From: Flectonema sp. DT1601
Taxonomy: Eukaryota
DNA: 64,000 nt
Assembly (NCBI GenBank): GCA_964019425.1
Contig: OZ025798.1
Coordinates: 930,001 to 994,000 of the forward strand
Direction: 5' to 3'
Shown one piece after another: positions 21,774 through 33,977 of this stretch; position 1 is the first letter of the stretch, and the number at the start of each line of letters is the position of its first letter. Both the position numbers and the translations under genes were made by a program. The notes under the pieces were generated by a model. That model worked only from the letters and a program-made list of their open reading frames with translations. It had not been told where the DNA came from and ran no database searches.

Positions 21774-24700
21774 ATGAATGTTGACTCACTGATACCACTA
21801 TTAAATGGGTGTCTGTCTCCAGTAGATGATCATCGAAGAAGTTGTGAAACCGGACTGATGGAGCAGCTGAGAAACTTAGAAACCGTAAAACAATTATTTA
21901 TGATACTCGCTGACAGCAGTAAACCTCTTGAATGTAAAATGATAGCTTCAATTGTATTGAGAACATACACAACACGTCATTGGCAGATATCATCTATAGG
22001 AGTGCAGGTTGGTTACACGATTCCTGAAGAACATAAACAGTTCATTCGTAATAGTATCCTTCATCTTATTGAAGTGGTTCACGGTGATATTAAACTTATA
22101 AAGCTCTTAGGATTGGTTGTTGGAAAAATTGCAAAGTATGATTTAGTGATGTGGAAGTCAGCTCTTCTCCCAGCTCTGTCAAATGGATTATCTACGCCTG
22201 ATGATGACTCAAAGAAAGTAAAGTATCTCACAGTACTTCACATGGTTCTTGTTGAATGTAATATGGCTGCTCGATTAGGTCCTGGTACACTAGCATTCGA
22301 AGAGCTTTGTAAGGAATTATGTGTGGCTATGATTGAGTTCGCAAACAGTTCGTCAAATGAACTCGTGCAAACCATTGTGAGTTCTGGTTCTTGTGATCCC
22401 CAGAAACTAATAATAGCTTCCCTCACACATAAAATAATGGAAAGAGTTTTAAAGGGTTGCTGGGAAGTCAGTCTCTCTCATCAAAAGTATCTCGACAACT
22501 GTCTCACTTTAATGGAAGCCGCTGTTGCTGCTCGAGGTTCTGCTCGGAACCCAGCACTTGTATCGGCACTTGACACTATTTTGAAGCGTCCAATGAAGGC
22601 TCTCGTCTCAGCCTACTCGTCAATGTCTACTCACTACCTCTCAGCCCCAAACCTGGTTCCCCGTCTGCTCGCGTTCTCATTTGGGATAATTTGTTCAATT
22701 CCTCCGTTTTGTGAAAAAATTGATAACTTTTATCTCCTTCAATGCCTTTCAGTAGTAGAGCTGACCATAACAAAAGTTCAAAGCAGCGCAGCAGCAGCAC
22801 AACACCTGGAATCCGTATTAGGACAAGGGAGATCATTAATACAATTAGCTGATGTATTACTTCAGAAATATCTTTGTGTTCATGAATATGAAAAAGACTT
22901 GTGGGACTCTGATCCTGAAGCATTTGTATTCGATCAAGAAGCAGAGGATGGTGATGTCGATGTTAAAGAGAAAGCATCGCAAGTATTTGCTGGTCTGTTG
23001 GAGTCCGGAGGTGATGGTTTTGTGTCTGAATTCGCAAAGGCGATAACTCCAATTATTGAAAGTGAACAGTCTGATATGTCGGCTAAGGAATCGGCTTATC
23101 ACGTAATGGGTCTTGGATGGGGACCATTCCCTGAAGTGATGTCTGAAGAGCAAGCAGATCGCTGGGTAACCTCAGCAATTAGAGATGCACGTCAAACTAC
23201 TAACAAATTCCTTCAAAGACGAGCATTCTGGGTTATTGGTCAATGGGCTTATAATATCAAAACACAAATGCGTTCAGAAGTATACAGTCTACTGATACAA
23301 GGAATGGATGCATCGCTATCTCAGAATGTTGTTATTCGAATTACGTGTCTTGAGAGTCTACAGCACTTAATCACTGATGAGTTTGAATACAAAGCTTTTG
23401 GTCCACTTATAAATAAATTCTTCCCAGCATTGATTCACCTAATGAACTCTTGTAACCACGTTGATCTAAAAGTTACTTGTTTAGGAATGCTTGGCTTTGT
23501 AGTTCGACAGGTTGGAGGTGAGGCATTCTCAGAATTTGCTTCCCCATTCGCACAATTGCTACAAAAGCAATGGAACGCTGAAGCAGCAATCTCCGCAGAA
23601 GCTTATTATAAAACAAAAGTTCTCGACGCTTTAGCAGCATGTGTTTCACAAATAATATTATTCGCTGGTGACTGCGAACAGATTCACAACTTATCATGCT
23701 CTATAGTGTTTCAGTCACTCTCTGTTTCAAATCCACAATACTTAGACCTGGCGGATAATGCAGTAATTCTGTGGCTTCATACTATTGGAACTTCGACGCA
23801 AATAACACCAGGGCTGCTTCAGTGTTTTAAGGAAACTATGTTTCCGCTTTTAGACAAAGACTTTATGGAGTATGAAACATTACTTCAAGTCCTCAGACAA
23901 TATGTTTTACTTGGTGGGATGGAGTTAATGCAGTCAAGTGGAAAGGTCATCGTCGATCGACTACAACAAGTTCTTCAATTAACTAAACACGACTGTCCAA
24001 AACAAGCCGCTGTTATTGTTGAAGATATCGTAACTTTATACCCTCCTCTAAGGGAGCCACTCTCAGGATTAATTAGTTACATGTTGCAGGTTGTTATGAA
24101 CGCAACAGAAAGAGAAGCTTACTTGTGTGTCGATCATTTAGTAGTTGTTTGCAGATACATTGCTGAAGTTCCTGCGTGTATTAAGATGCTGTTGGAGAAT
24201 CAAGGACTTGTTCCTTTGGTTAAGAAAATATGTGATTTTTCAGATAATGATTTCATAACGAGAGCTGACCATCGGAAGATCTGCGCAGTTGCGTTGTCCG
24301 CAATTGTGCCGTCGCTTCCTCAGCAGATGCTACCAGAAGTGTTTAATGATGTTGTTGGTTTTGTCGTTGATGCGATCCTTGCTGAAGAAGGAGAGTACTC
24401 ATCCAGCTACCGTCAATCTCTTGAGGAGTACCGCGTCACTCAGTATGCTTGTCACTTATATTATTCATTAAAATTACTATTGCAAAATATCAAAAAAAAC
24501 AAACAAACACAGATTTATGAACCACACTTCACTTGAAGACGAACCAAAGCCAGCAAAGGAAAGACAATGCCACCTACTAAATAACGATGGTATACTTCTT
24601 TCTGGAATGAGAGAATAGTATGTGATGATAGTATTTATTTCCTGACAACATACACATTTGAATAATAACAATAATAAAAACAGCTTCATGAGAAGTATAG

Positions 24701-24792
24701 GACAGCTGCGATCATCACTCGGAGAGCAACAATTCAATTTACTGATCAGTAACATTGACCCTCATAATAAGTCACATCTTGGAATTAATTAA
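21774..24792 (+). CDS. IPO11: Importin-beta family karyopherin, importin-11-like, 3 exons, ~960 aa
   Basis: Exons 21774-24442, 24513-24617, 24684-24792 (2883 nt, frame intact). IBN_N-like start, KIAKYD...W, WDSDPEAF, KESAY, LQRRAFWVIGQW, and C-terminal GEQQFNLLISNID. Confidence 0.82.
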
Positions 24793-24980
24793 ATCATCCG
24801 CATACTTTATACTTTCGGTTCTATTGACCATATCTAACTCCGTATTTCGCCTCAGAAGGCGCGTCATCAGTTTGTTCTTTTCATCCGTATCCGAATCAAA
24901 AAAAAAAAAAAATATTTAAATTTTTGTTTGTTTTTTTTTTGTTTCTATGTCGTATATTTGAATAACAGGTGACCAGAAAC

Positions 24981-27204
24981 ATGTCGGACGCTCACAAATT
25001 AGAAGTCCTAAAAAAAGCTGTTTTAAAACTACGAAAGGACGGCAATGAATTAGAGAGTGAGATGGAAGTTCTTAAAAAAGAAAAAGAATCAATTCAAAAA
25101 GATGCGAATTCATACAAAAAACGAATGCTCGAAGCAGAAGACCGATACGACACTGCTACAAAAGCAAAACAAGAAATGGTTGAGGAATTTGAAAATTTAA
25201 AACACAGCTATGCTGCTTCTACCAAAAGGATAACAGCCTTACAAGATGAACTAAAAACAAAACAAACGACTACATGGGGAGGTCTCACAGGACTAAAGGA
25301 CATGATAGGCGGAAAGAACAACAACAAAGACGACGAACGAGAAGTTCTTTTCGAAGAATTAGAACATAAAATACGCGAGGCTGAGTCACTTCACGCAAAA
25401 GTATTTGATTTGCAACAAGAGAATAATGATATGAAGAAAAAAAGTGATCAACTTCAAGAAGTCCATGGAAATGAAACAACAACAGCAGTCTCACGAATTT
25501 CATACTTAGAAGAAGAATTACGAATCACAAAAGGTGAGGAGAGTCGTTTAGCAGAACTTGTTACAGACAGAACAGAAGAATTAGCTGCAATGCAGAATCA
25601 ATTTCAGGCTTCAACTCAGCACCTTAGAGATTTAGAATCTCGGTTCAGTGCTTCTTCCTCAATTATTTCAAAAAATATTTTTATTGACACCTACAGAAGA
25701 CCAGAACTGTCCCAGTTGTCATTACTTCACTCTGACTTAGCTTGGGCAAGAATTGCTTCTTCTCAAACAACTCAATTAGCAGAAACGATAACACATGTGG
25801 TAAGAGGTGTTGAAGCGCTATTTTCAAATGCAACGGAAAGAATTCACATATTGCTATCAAAAGCATCTGCCACTGCTGGTCCTGTAAAGACAGCCGCACT
25901 CAGACTCTTGAAAGATGCTCTGAGAAAAGCCAACACCAGCTGTGCGTCAGTTTCTAAAACGCTTGCTGAATCCTGCGATGAGGTTGCGATCGCTGAGAAT
26001 ACTGCATTTAAGATGATAAATAAAATATGTTCCTCAAGTGTTGATGATGAAATTAGTCTTCCGACTGCTCCAGCAGATGTGATGCCAGCTGCGTGGGTTG
26101 ATTTCTTAGTAAAGAATATAAAGTTCCTTCTGAATGCTCTTTTTGAACACTCTCCAGCAATCCGAGATGATGACATTGAACGTGAAGAACAGCTCGATGA
26201 AATATCTCGCTTAACAGATTTATTTCAGAAACCACTCTCACTGTATTCCTGTCAACAAGAAACAGTTCCAGCTCCTTCCCAACTAAGACAGATAAAAACA
26301 GCTGTAAAGGAATTTACAGAAGCGGTTACAGTCTTATTCGCTCGTGAGGTTAAGGTTGCCTGGGAACTTGCTGGATTCGACGGAGTAAATAAAAGAATAC
26401 TCGCAGGTCTTAACGCATTGCATGGTCACCTTACGGCAGCTGTTGATCTTCGTCATCAGATTATCTCACACAAAGAAACCAGGGGTGTTTCTGCTGCAGG
26501 TGTTGCTCCTTTTGCAACACTACTTCCACCACAGCAACATGTTTCTCAGGAGGATCTACAAAACCTTCCAAAACTTTATTGGTCTCCAGATAATAGTGAA
26601 TCTCATTACAAGTCTGTGGGATTAGCAAGGACTCGATTACATAGCAGAGCTGCAACATTTATGAGGGAAGTCAGTCAGGCGAATTACAATAGAAATGTGA
26701 AAGTTGTACCGACTTCTGATGAGCAAAAACCAACCACACCTTCGATGGAAGCAGCTGAGAACCCAAAACTTGAAGAAAGTGACAACGTTGGGGTTGTCTC
26801 TCCCTGCGGGCTACTCGATGCGTTACCAACCCCAACAACAGAATCTGAACGGGAAGTTAGTTATTATCAAAAATCTCTTCAAGTTGCTGATTCTAAAGCC
26901 GTTCGTTACAGGATTGAGTGGGAACGTTGCTTCCTTGACCTTGAGGCCCGTGCTGCTCTTGTTCAGGTATGAACTTATTTAAATGTGATGAAGCAGGTTT
27001 AACATTCTTATGAATACAATAAAACAAAACACAACGCAGAATCTCCAGGATGATAACCGTGACTTACAACGTCGACTTCGAAACAGAGATATAGAAGTAA
27101 AGAATATGTCACATGGCTACACTGATCAAATGAGGGTATTCCAAGACCGAATAGTCGACCTTGAGAACAGACTTGCAACAGCTTCATCCGGTCGAGGGAG
27201 GTAA
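24981..27204 (+). CDS. PPP1R21: PPP1R21 (KLRAQ/TTKRSYEDQ-domain, FERRY Fy-2)-like coiled-coil protein
   Basis: Exons 24981-26966 and 27040-27204 (a further donor at 27201 is possible). Motifs VLKKAV, KRITALQDEL, VLFEELEHKIREAESLH, LQVADSKAVRY and GYTDQM parallel recalled PPP1R21 motifs. Confidence 0.75.
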
Positions 27205-27529
27205 GCAAAAAACTATTTTATAATGTCTTCCGAAAAATAACATATCCCGCCGTGTAGTTGGTACACGTTTCGCGTAATAAAACTTATTCTAACCACACAC
27301 AAGAGAACTCAAAGAGTGTACAAACCCAATCTGTGTCCGTTTTGGTTATTTCAGGGTGTTTACACCAAATTCTTTTTTTTTTTTAAAAATAAGTTTTTAA
27401 CAATGCTACTTATCTTTTATTCTACAGCGGCAACATCCCAACTACTCACTTCCTTTTATGATTCGCGTATTCGCATAAAAGCCTGTCATACTTTTCTTAT
27501 CCCCTCAGTAAAAAAAATATAATAAAACC

Positions 27530-28789
27530 ATGCCAGGTAAAAAAAAGAAAACTGTAAAGGAGGCTTCTCCTTCGGCATCACCAAAAGCCATAGAGCAGGA
27601 AATAGAACAAGAACCGGTAGTTGAAATTAAAAAAAAGACATCGATAAATAAAACACTTCCTTGTATTGTGTTGGCTATTATTATTGTGTTATCACTATCT
27701 GCATATGTGGCTTTTGTATTCGCGCGAGAAGATCCGCTGTTGGTATTCGGAAGGAGGACAGAGACAGAAAAATTAAACACTATTGATAAACTAAAGACAT
27801 TAAACCCTGATGGTATGGGACATAAGCGACTGACTGCGCTACACAACGACGTCACGACTGGTGAAGATTACCTTCTTCGGAATAAAGAAAAAAAATACTA
27901 CGACGCTGACCTTACTCTCACGTGTAATAACATTCCTGAATATTATATTTGTGATGGTGTTTGTGACTGTTGTGATGGAAGTGATGAAATGAATTGTAAT
28001 CACTCAGTAGATTGCGGCAATTCAACATGTAGCGAATCCCTACATCGAGAAATAGCATCTGTCCGTGAAACCATAACTACAATAAAAGCGTCTCTTCAGT
28101 TTAAAAAAATGGGATACAACGACACTCTAATATCATGGTCGACAGTTCAATCAAAATTAGAAGAGTCGATGAGGACACTTGGTGAGAGAATTGCTTACTT
28201 TAATAACTTAGTTGAGCAGCAAGCAACACCTGAAGAACAATTGAAAATTATGCACCAACAACTCACGGAAGAGAATTATCAAGTTAAGTCGATGTCTGCT
28301 TTGAAGGAGGAATTATTCTCTCCTGATCTTTACTTGTTTCCTTTGGCAACAAAATGCTTTGACATCATCACCAATGAAAGATACTATAAGGGTGGATGTG
28401 CTGAACCAGACGCAAAGGACTTTAAATTTTCTGTTTGTCCTTTTCGTCATATCACTCAACAAGAGCTACCCGAAGACGATGAAAAACCACCAACTCTGTT
28501 GGGATCATTTTCAGAATGGGACGACACTTCTTCCATGACTGCTTCTTACAACAGTCAGTCTGGCTATACTACCCGCGCTCAATTATTTACCAATGGAGCC
28601 CCTTGTTATCAAGGTCCTGATCGTACCGTTCATCTATCTTTTAAATGTGGGATCAAAACAGCAATTGATCAGTTGTTTGAGAATGGTAAGTGTATTTATG
28701 AAGTCGTTATGACTACTCCGTATGTCTGCACCTATGCGGACCTTTTTAAAGAACAAGAAAAACTGAAAGAGTTACGTCAGATGCTCTAA
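27530..28789 (+). CDS. Glucosidase II beta subunit (PRKCSH)-like protein with MRH domain, 419 aa
   Basis: CDGVCDCCDGSDE, coiled coil, CPF...TQ, GAPCYQGPDRTVHLSFKCG, E..KC.Y...TP..C; one N-proximal hydrophobic helix. Confidence 0.85.
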   Translation: MPGKKKKTVKEASPSASPKAIEQEIEQEPVVEIKKKTSINKTLPCIVLAIIIVLSLSAYVAFVFAREDPLLVFGRRTETEKLNTIDKLKTLNPDGMGHKRLTALHNDVTTGEDYLLRNKEKKYYDADLTLTCNNIPEYYICDGVCDCCDGSDEMNCNHSVDCGNSTCSESLHREIASVRETITTIKASLQFKKMGYNDTLISWSTVQSKLEESMRTLGERIAYFNNLVEQQATPEEQLKIMHQQLTEENYQVKSMSALKEELFSPDLYLFPLATKCFDIITNERYYKGGCAEPDAKDFKFSVCPFRHITQQELPEDDEKPPTLLGSFSEWDDTSSMTASYNSQSGYTTRAQLFTNGAPCYQGPDRTVHLSFKCGIKTAIDQLFENGKCIYEVVMTTPYVCTYADLFKEQEKLKELRQML

Positions 28790-28988
28790 GGAAACTGTTG
28801 AGTGATTTGTATGAGGACATCCGAAGGAATTCATTACTTACTTATTTATTTATTTTTTACGAATGTTTTTCCTCTTCCTCAGCACTACAATGAACGTACA
28901 CGAGAACCGAATAAGGAAAATCCCAATTATTGTATTTTTTTTATATTATTGTTATTGTTATTCAGACTACTACTAATCCCTTTATAAA

Positions 28989-30374
28989 ATGTCTTGTGAA
29001 TGGTTAGAAATGCAGCGTGAAGCTGAAAGACACGCAGCCATTGAACAATACTTGAGAAGTAAGTTGGCAACTGGGCACACAGACCCATCGATGTACAGCC
29101 CAACTTCAACTCAGATGATGTTGGCTCGTGAGGATCCTTCGTACAGAATCCCATCATCGACACTGATGCCACTCACTCAAGCCGATAAAATCAGAATGAC
29201 ATTCCAAGACTTGGATGCTAACAAAGATGGAGTTGTTGACCCAGAAGAGTTTAGTAAGGGTGTCAGAACTTGCAAATTAGATTTCACAGAAGACACTCTC
29301 GATAACCTTTTCAAAAAGGCAAAGCGCGGTAGCGACGGAAACCTAACAGAATCTGAGTGGTATTCTTTCGTTATTAATTATCCAATGTTCCTCGATGCTC
29401 TTTACCACAGATTCCGCTCTATCCACAACGCTGACAGGGATGCTGAAGCAGCAAAGGGAGCGAAGGAACGATTCGGAGATCGTGTTGATGCTCTCAAGAA
29501 GGAAATAGACACCGCTAAATCGGAACTCGGTGACACTGAAGGAAAGGTTGCGTCAGGTGACTCGGAACACGACGAGGCCGTGGAGAAGCAAAAGGACGCT
29601 GAGCGTCAGCACAAGGACGCTGTTGAGGGAGTTGCAGATGCGTTCAAGCAGAGGAAAGAAACTGAAGTAAAAATTGCGATGGAGTGGGAAGCTACTCGTG
29701 CTCAGCGCATTGCCGTTGCCGAAGCTGCGAGGGACGCCGACATCGCTCAGCGCCGTCTCGCTGCTGCTGAGGAGAAAGAAAAATGGGCGCTTCAGGCTCT
29801 GGAATCTGCCAAGCTGGAGAAGGAGCAGGCAACTGCTGACTTGGAGTCTGCGAAATCTCGTCAGACTGATGTGAAGACCGGTGAGGACCCAGAAGCAGTC
29901 CTCTCTAATGCTGACAGAACTGTTGCTGATGCTCAGCGCCGCGAGTACGAACTCGGAATTGCTGCCTCACAGGCTGCTGACAAGGCTGACCGTTTGAGAT
30001 GGACGAAAGACGAACAGATTCGTTTAAAGAACAGTCACGAAGCCAGACTTAACAGAGCAACTGACGCATTGACTGAAGCTGAGAAGTCTTATGAAGAGAA
30101 CGACGCCAGGCTGAAAGACGCAGAGAATGTCAAAGACAACGGGCCGATTGTTGACGAAAAGGAAAACCAGCTCGTTGAGGAAGAAATTCGTTTGAAGCGT
30201 GAGAGGGAGGCACTCGAACAGAAGGAGACGAACCTCCATAAGGAGTGCAGTGAATTCACTCAGAGAGTCTCACCTCAGCGTGAAAGAATTTCTCACCAGT
30301 CACCTGGGGGCTACAGCAGTCCTATCCACAATTCCCCGTACACCACTCCTGTTAAGGATACCAGATCGTACTAG
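28989..30374 (+). CDS. EF-hand plus long coiled-coil protein, 461 aa
   Basis: Canonical EF loop DANKDGVVDPEE, a degenerate second loop (KRGSDGNLTESE), then ~300 aa of A/E/K/R heptads. Confidence 0.85.
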   Translation: MSCEWLEMQREAERHAAIEQYLRSKLATGHTDPSMYSPTSTQMMLAREDPSYRIPSSTLMPLTQADKIRMTFQDLDANKDGVVDPEEFSKGVRTCKLDFTEDTLDNLFKKAKRGSDGNLTESEWYSFVINYPMFLDALYHRFRSIHNADRDAEAAKGAKERFGDRVDALKKEIDTAKSELGDTEGKVASGDSEHDEAVEKQKDAERQHKDAVEGVADAFKQRKETEVKIAMEWEATRAQRIAVAEAARDADIAQRRLAAAEEKEKWALQALESAKLEKEQATADLESAKSRQTDVKTGEDPEAVLSNADRTVADAQRREYELGIAASQAADKADRLRWTKDEQIRLKNSHEARLNRATDALTEAEKSYEENDARLKDAENVKDNGPIVDEKENQLVEEEIRLKREREALEQKETNLHKECSEFTQRVSPQRERISHQSPGGYSSPIHNSPYTTPVKDTRSY

Positions 30375-31160
30375 TGAAGGGGTATTGCCTTACTTCTTAT
30401 TATTTTGTATTTATAAACTCACATCCATGACTCACCTGTTTGTAGCTCCCCACTTCAATTTCCCCATCCAGAGAGTATGAGAAAAGCGTCGGGAATTCTT
30501 CGATTGACGCTGTTTTCCGTCTCGCTGTCGAGGACCGTTTCCCCAATGGTTCGAGGGGACAGAAGGGGGGAAAAAAAAGTAAAAAAAAAAAAAAAGAAAA
30601 AAAAAAAGCATAAAAGTACCACAAGAAATACAAGGGACGTCCCTTATTATTATTCTTGTACTTTGGATACACTGCCACACATATGAAGCTGACTGACGGT
30701 TCGGCTTGTGGTGGATGATAATCCTTCAAGTTCCCCATTTTTGCATTCATTTTTATTCTTGCTTGTGACGTACGCCAGTTATCTTTATTTAGGTACAAAA
30801 TATTTGTTTTATTGCTGTTCTACATCGTGCTGACAAGCTCTTCTCTCCGCCCTGTCGTTTCTTTCTTTTTTTTTTTCTTCTTTCTTTTTTTTTTCCTTTT
30901 AAAATTCCCTTCCTCAATCTTATTATTTTGTTGTACCCCCTCATCCCTATTTACTTTGTTATATTTGTCGTTGTTTAATTGGTGTGGTTAATGTTTTATT
31001 AATATTATTATTTTTTTTTTTAGCGGTAGCAGATATATTACAGATGATTAGATGTAATCAAACAAAACACTCATATTATGTCCGTTGTTGTAATTTCATT
31101 TTATTAAGTTATTTCAAACCGCACAGATGACTAACCAATTATAATGTCATCTCTACTCTG

Positions 31161-33977
31161 ATGTCCCTCAGTATGATATACCAATGTTTGACGTTGGTGT
31201 TAATTATGATCCTACAGCCGTGTGGGGGAGTAAAACTAGTAGGGAAGCTATCCATCGACGCTACCGGAAGTAAATCACCAAAATCGGTAATGGTATATAA
31301 AAAATACGCATTCTGCACAGACAGCAAAATAGGAATTCGTATAATAGATATTTCAAACCCTGCTTCACCTACTCAAGCAACAGTATTGCAGAAGCAAGGA
31401 TCTGGTGTACCGAATACTATGTTGGGTTGGGAAGAGAGGAATATGGCCTTCCTATTTGATGACAGTGCTGGAGTGATAGCATTTGATTTGACAACGCCAA
31501 CCCAACCAACAGAGATAGGTCGGTGGAAACCAACTGGGTCTAGCTATTACGCAAAAAACGGTGTGCTTGACAAGCAGACAAATCGGCTATTCGTCACCGC
31601 TTGGGTTGGTGGCGTTATAGTAGTAGACGTTGCAGACTTCAAAGCAATGCGACAAACTTATTATTATTCAATGAATCAATGGACAGCTCGACATGTCGCT
31701 ATTCACTATTATGGATCACGGAAATATCTGTGGGTAGGTTTCTCTGAAGGAGTCCTCACATTCGACATAGGTCACCCTACTACTTGCGTACACATCAAAA
31801 CTATGGTTATAAATACAGCTGTAGAACACATCTATGTTGCAAATGATAAGATATACGCTTCAACTACTGGTCAGTTTGAAGTGTGGCAACCAATTACTAA
31901 TGCCCTCACTATTGATAACGTGTTCACACCTTACAATGCAATTGCAGCAGCTGTTTTTGGAAAGATTGCGTACGTAGTGGGGACGACTGATAAAATGTAT
32001 CTCGCGGATGTTTCAGACCCCAAGAACGTGAAATTACTTGAGAGAGTTACAGATGGTTACCAACCTCAGGGTTTGTTTGCAACTGATAATTACTGTTATA
32101 TGGTTGATGGAAGGAGTTTATACATTTATGAGATTCTACCTGAGACGGCAGCACCACCAACTGTTGCTCCTCCAACACCCATTCCTCCACCAACAGCAGT
32201 GCCGACTGCGGTCCCAGATACAGCAGTGCCAACTACGGTCCCAGATACAGCAGTGCCGACTACAGTACCTAATACGTTGGTACCAACACTGATACCTGGC
32301 ACGACTGCTATCCCGAGTACTGATGCTCCTCCAACACTTGTTCCTACTCTTGTTCCATTAATGAGTCAAGTCCCGTCAACTATTGCTCCTACTAAGTCGC
32401 CAATACCAATTACTGATTCACCACCAACACCTATTCCTACTATGAAAGCTGAGGCACCAGCAATTGATGAGGAACAAATCTCTCAACTCACCGGGAGTGC
32501 TGTTGCCGCATCAGCTGTCCTTTCTGGAGGATCTGTTGGAGCTATTAGACTTGCTGTTATTGCAGGGCCTTGTAGAATTGATGATAAACAGCCTTTCTTA
32601 TTTCACCCGCTTCAGTTTAGTGTCGGTGGTAGCCAAGCTGTGGGGGCAGTAGTTGGTAACTTTACGATTATATTGGGTTTCTTTGTGGTCTGCGCAATTG
32701 TCCTGCAGCTTCTTACGTTCCTGTCGCTTGGCAACAGATCTCCTTATCTTGCGGCGCTATTCAGTGAGACTGATGCTCAGGGGTTGTTGAGACTGCCTTC
32801 TGCACCACTAGTAGTTTTTCAAATACTTTATCAAGGAACATCTTTAGCTGGTATGCAATTAATTGAGAGTGGTGAGGCAAACGTCTGGCGTCAAGTGTTG
32901 GGATGCTCAACTGTGTTTGTGTGTTTTGCTGTTCCTCTTTTGTTGTTAAGAATAGTAGGTCGCGCAATACCAACAAAAGCTGTTTATTTCTTATCGAGAT
33001 CTAACGAAGAAGTTACCCGACACGCTCTTATAAAAAGTATAATTGGACCTGGAGAATGGGTTTCTGTAGATCGAGGTAATTTATGGGCGAATAGGTATTC
33101 ATCTCTGTTGAGGGCTTACAGGCCGGAATGTGTTTTCTTTTCTTTTGTTGACTATGCGTCGTCTTTGGCACTCGCAGCAATCCAACGAATTCCTGTTGAG
33201 AACAATATCCAGTGTGGACATGTAAAACTATTCTCTGGATTTATATTTATCATCATTCTTATAATTGAATGTATTTACTGGCCTCATGCTAGATCCAGAG
33301 ATAGTCTTATCGATTTCGTTTTTCTTGCTCTTCAAGCGTTCGCTCTTCTTACAATAGCCGTCGGATTCTACGCTTCTTATGTGTACACTGCGGCAACTGT
33401 GCTGTCATCCAAACTACTATTGTGTGCTGGAGCTTTATTAATGCTTAAGGTACTGATAGACTTATTCACTGAAATATACGTTATAGCAATAAGAAGACGA
33501 AATAGTCATCAAAGAGAATATTGGGGAAAGGAGAGTGACTATGTTATGTGTGATCAATTTCATGTTGCTGACTGTGAAGAAATTAGAGAAAATACGAATT
33601 CACACATTTCAGAAGTTGACAGTTTGTCTGTTGTAACCGTAGAAGATAAACATCAGATTGATTTGATCTCATTACAAGAAGAAGTTCAGAGGAATAGTTC
33701 TGAAGGGATTAGCTTAATGGCAATTCACAATGCGACTAAAGAAAATATTCGTACTAACAATCTAACTTCAAAAGTATCTCAGTCACGGTTGGTGAGAGTC
33801 AATTCTACCACAGCAAGCTTGAGAACAACTAACTCTGATCGTTTACGTCCTGGAGGGGGGATGGATGTTACGGTGACTGTACCTAGAAAGGCATCTCTAC
33901 CTGATAGTACAATAGATTCATCTCCGCTTCTTCTTCCATCAAAAAAAGCATCTATCATGCAAAGTATGCGAATATAA
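31161..33977 (+). CDS. Cell-surface protein: signal peptide, LVIVD-type beta-repeat ectodomain, Pro/Thr stalk, multipass membrane domain, 938 aa
   Basis: Repeats GIRIIDISNPASP, GVIAFDLTTPTQP, GVIVVDVAD, MYLADVSDPKN; TAVPT(A/T)VPD 27-bp repeats (32193-32273); about 7-8 hydrophobic segments; Ser-rich C-terminal tail. Confidence 0.85.
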   Translation: MSLSMIYQCLTLVLIMILQPCGGVKLVGKLSIDATGSKSPKSVMVYKKYAFCTDSKIGIRIIDISNPASPTQATVLQKQGSGVPNTMLGWEERNMAFLFDDSAGVIAFDLTTPTQPTEIGRWKPTGSSYYAKNGVLDKQTNRLFVTAWVGGVIVVDVADFKAMRQTYYYSMNQWTARHVAIHYYGSRKYLWVGFSEGVLTFDIGHPTTCVHIKTMVINTAVEHIYVANDKIYASTTGQFEVWQPITNALTIDNVFTPYNAIAAAVFGKIAYVVGTTDKMYLADVSDPKNVKLLERVTDGYQPQGLFATDNYCYMVDGRSLYIYEILPETAAPPTVAPPTPIPPPTAVPTAVPDTAVPTTVPDTAVPTTVPNTLVPTLIPGTTAIPSTDAPPTLVPTLVPLMSQVPSTIAPTKSPIPITDSPPTPIPTMKAEAPAIDEEQISQLTGSAVAASAVLSGGSVGAIRLAVIAGPCRIDDKQPFLFHPLQFSVGGSQAVGAVVGNFTIILGFFVVCAIVLQLLTFLSLGNRSPYLAALFSETDAQGLLRLPSAPLVVFQILYQGTSLAGMQLIESGEANVWRQVLGCSTVFVCFAVPLLLLRIVGRAIPTKAVYFLSRSNEEVTRHALIKSIIGPGEWVSVDRGNLWANRYSSLLRAYRPECVFFSFVDYASSLALAAIQRIPVENNIQCGHVKLFSGFIFIIILIIECIYWPHARSRDSLIDFVFLALQAFALLTIAVGFYASYVYTAATVLSSKLLLCAGALLMLKVLIDLFTEIYVIAIRRRNSHQREYWGKESDYVMCDQFHVADCEEIRENTNSHISEVDSLSVVTVEDKHQIDLISLQEEVQRNSSEGISLMAIHNATKENIRTNNLTSKVSQSRLVRVNSTTASLRTTNSDRLRPGGGMDVTVTVPRKASLPDSTIDSSPLLLPSKKASIMQSMRI

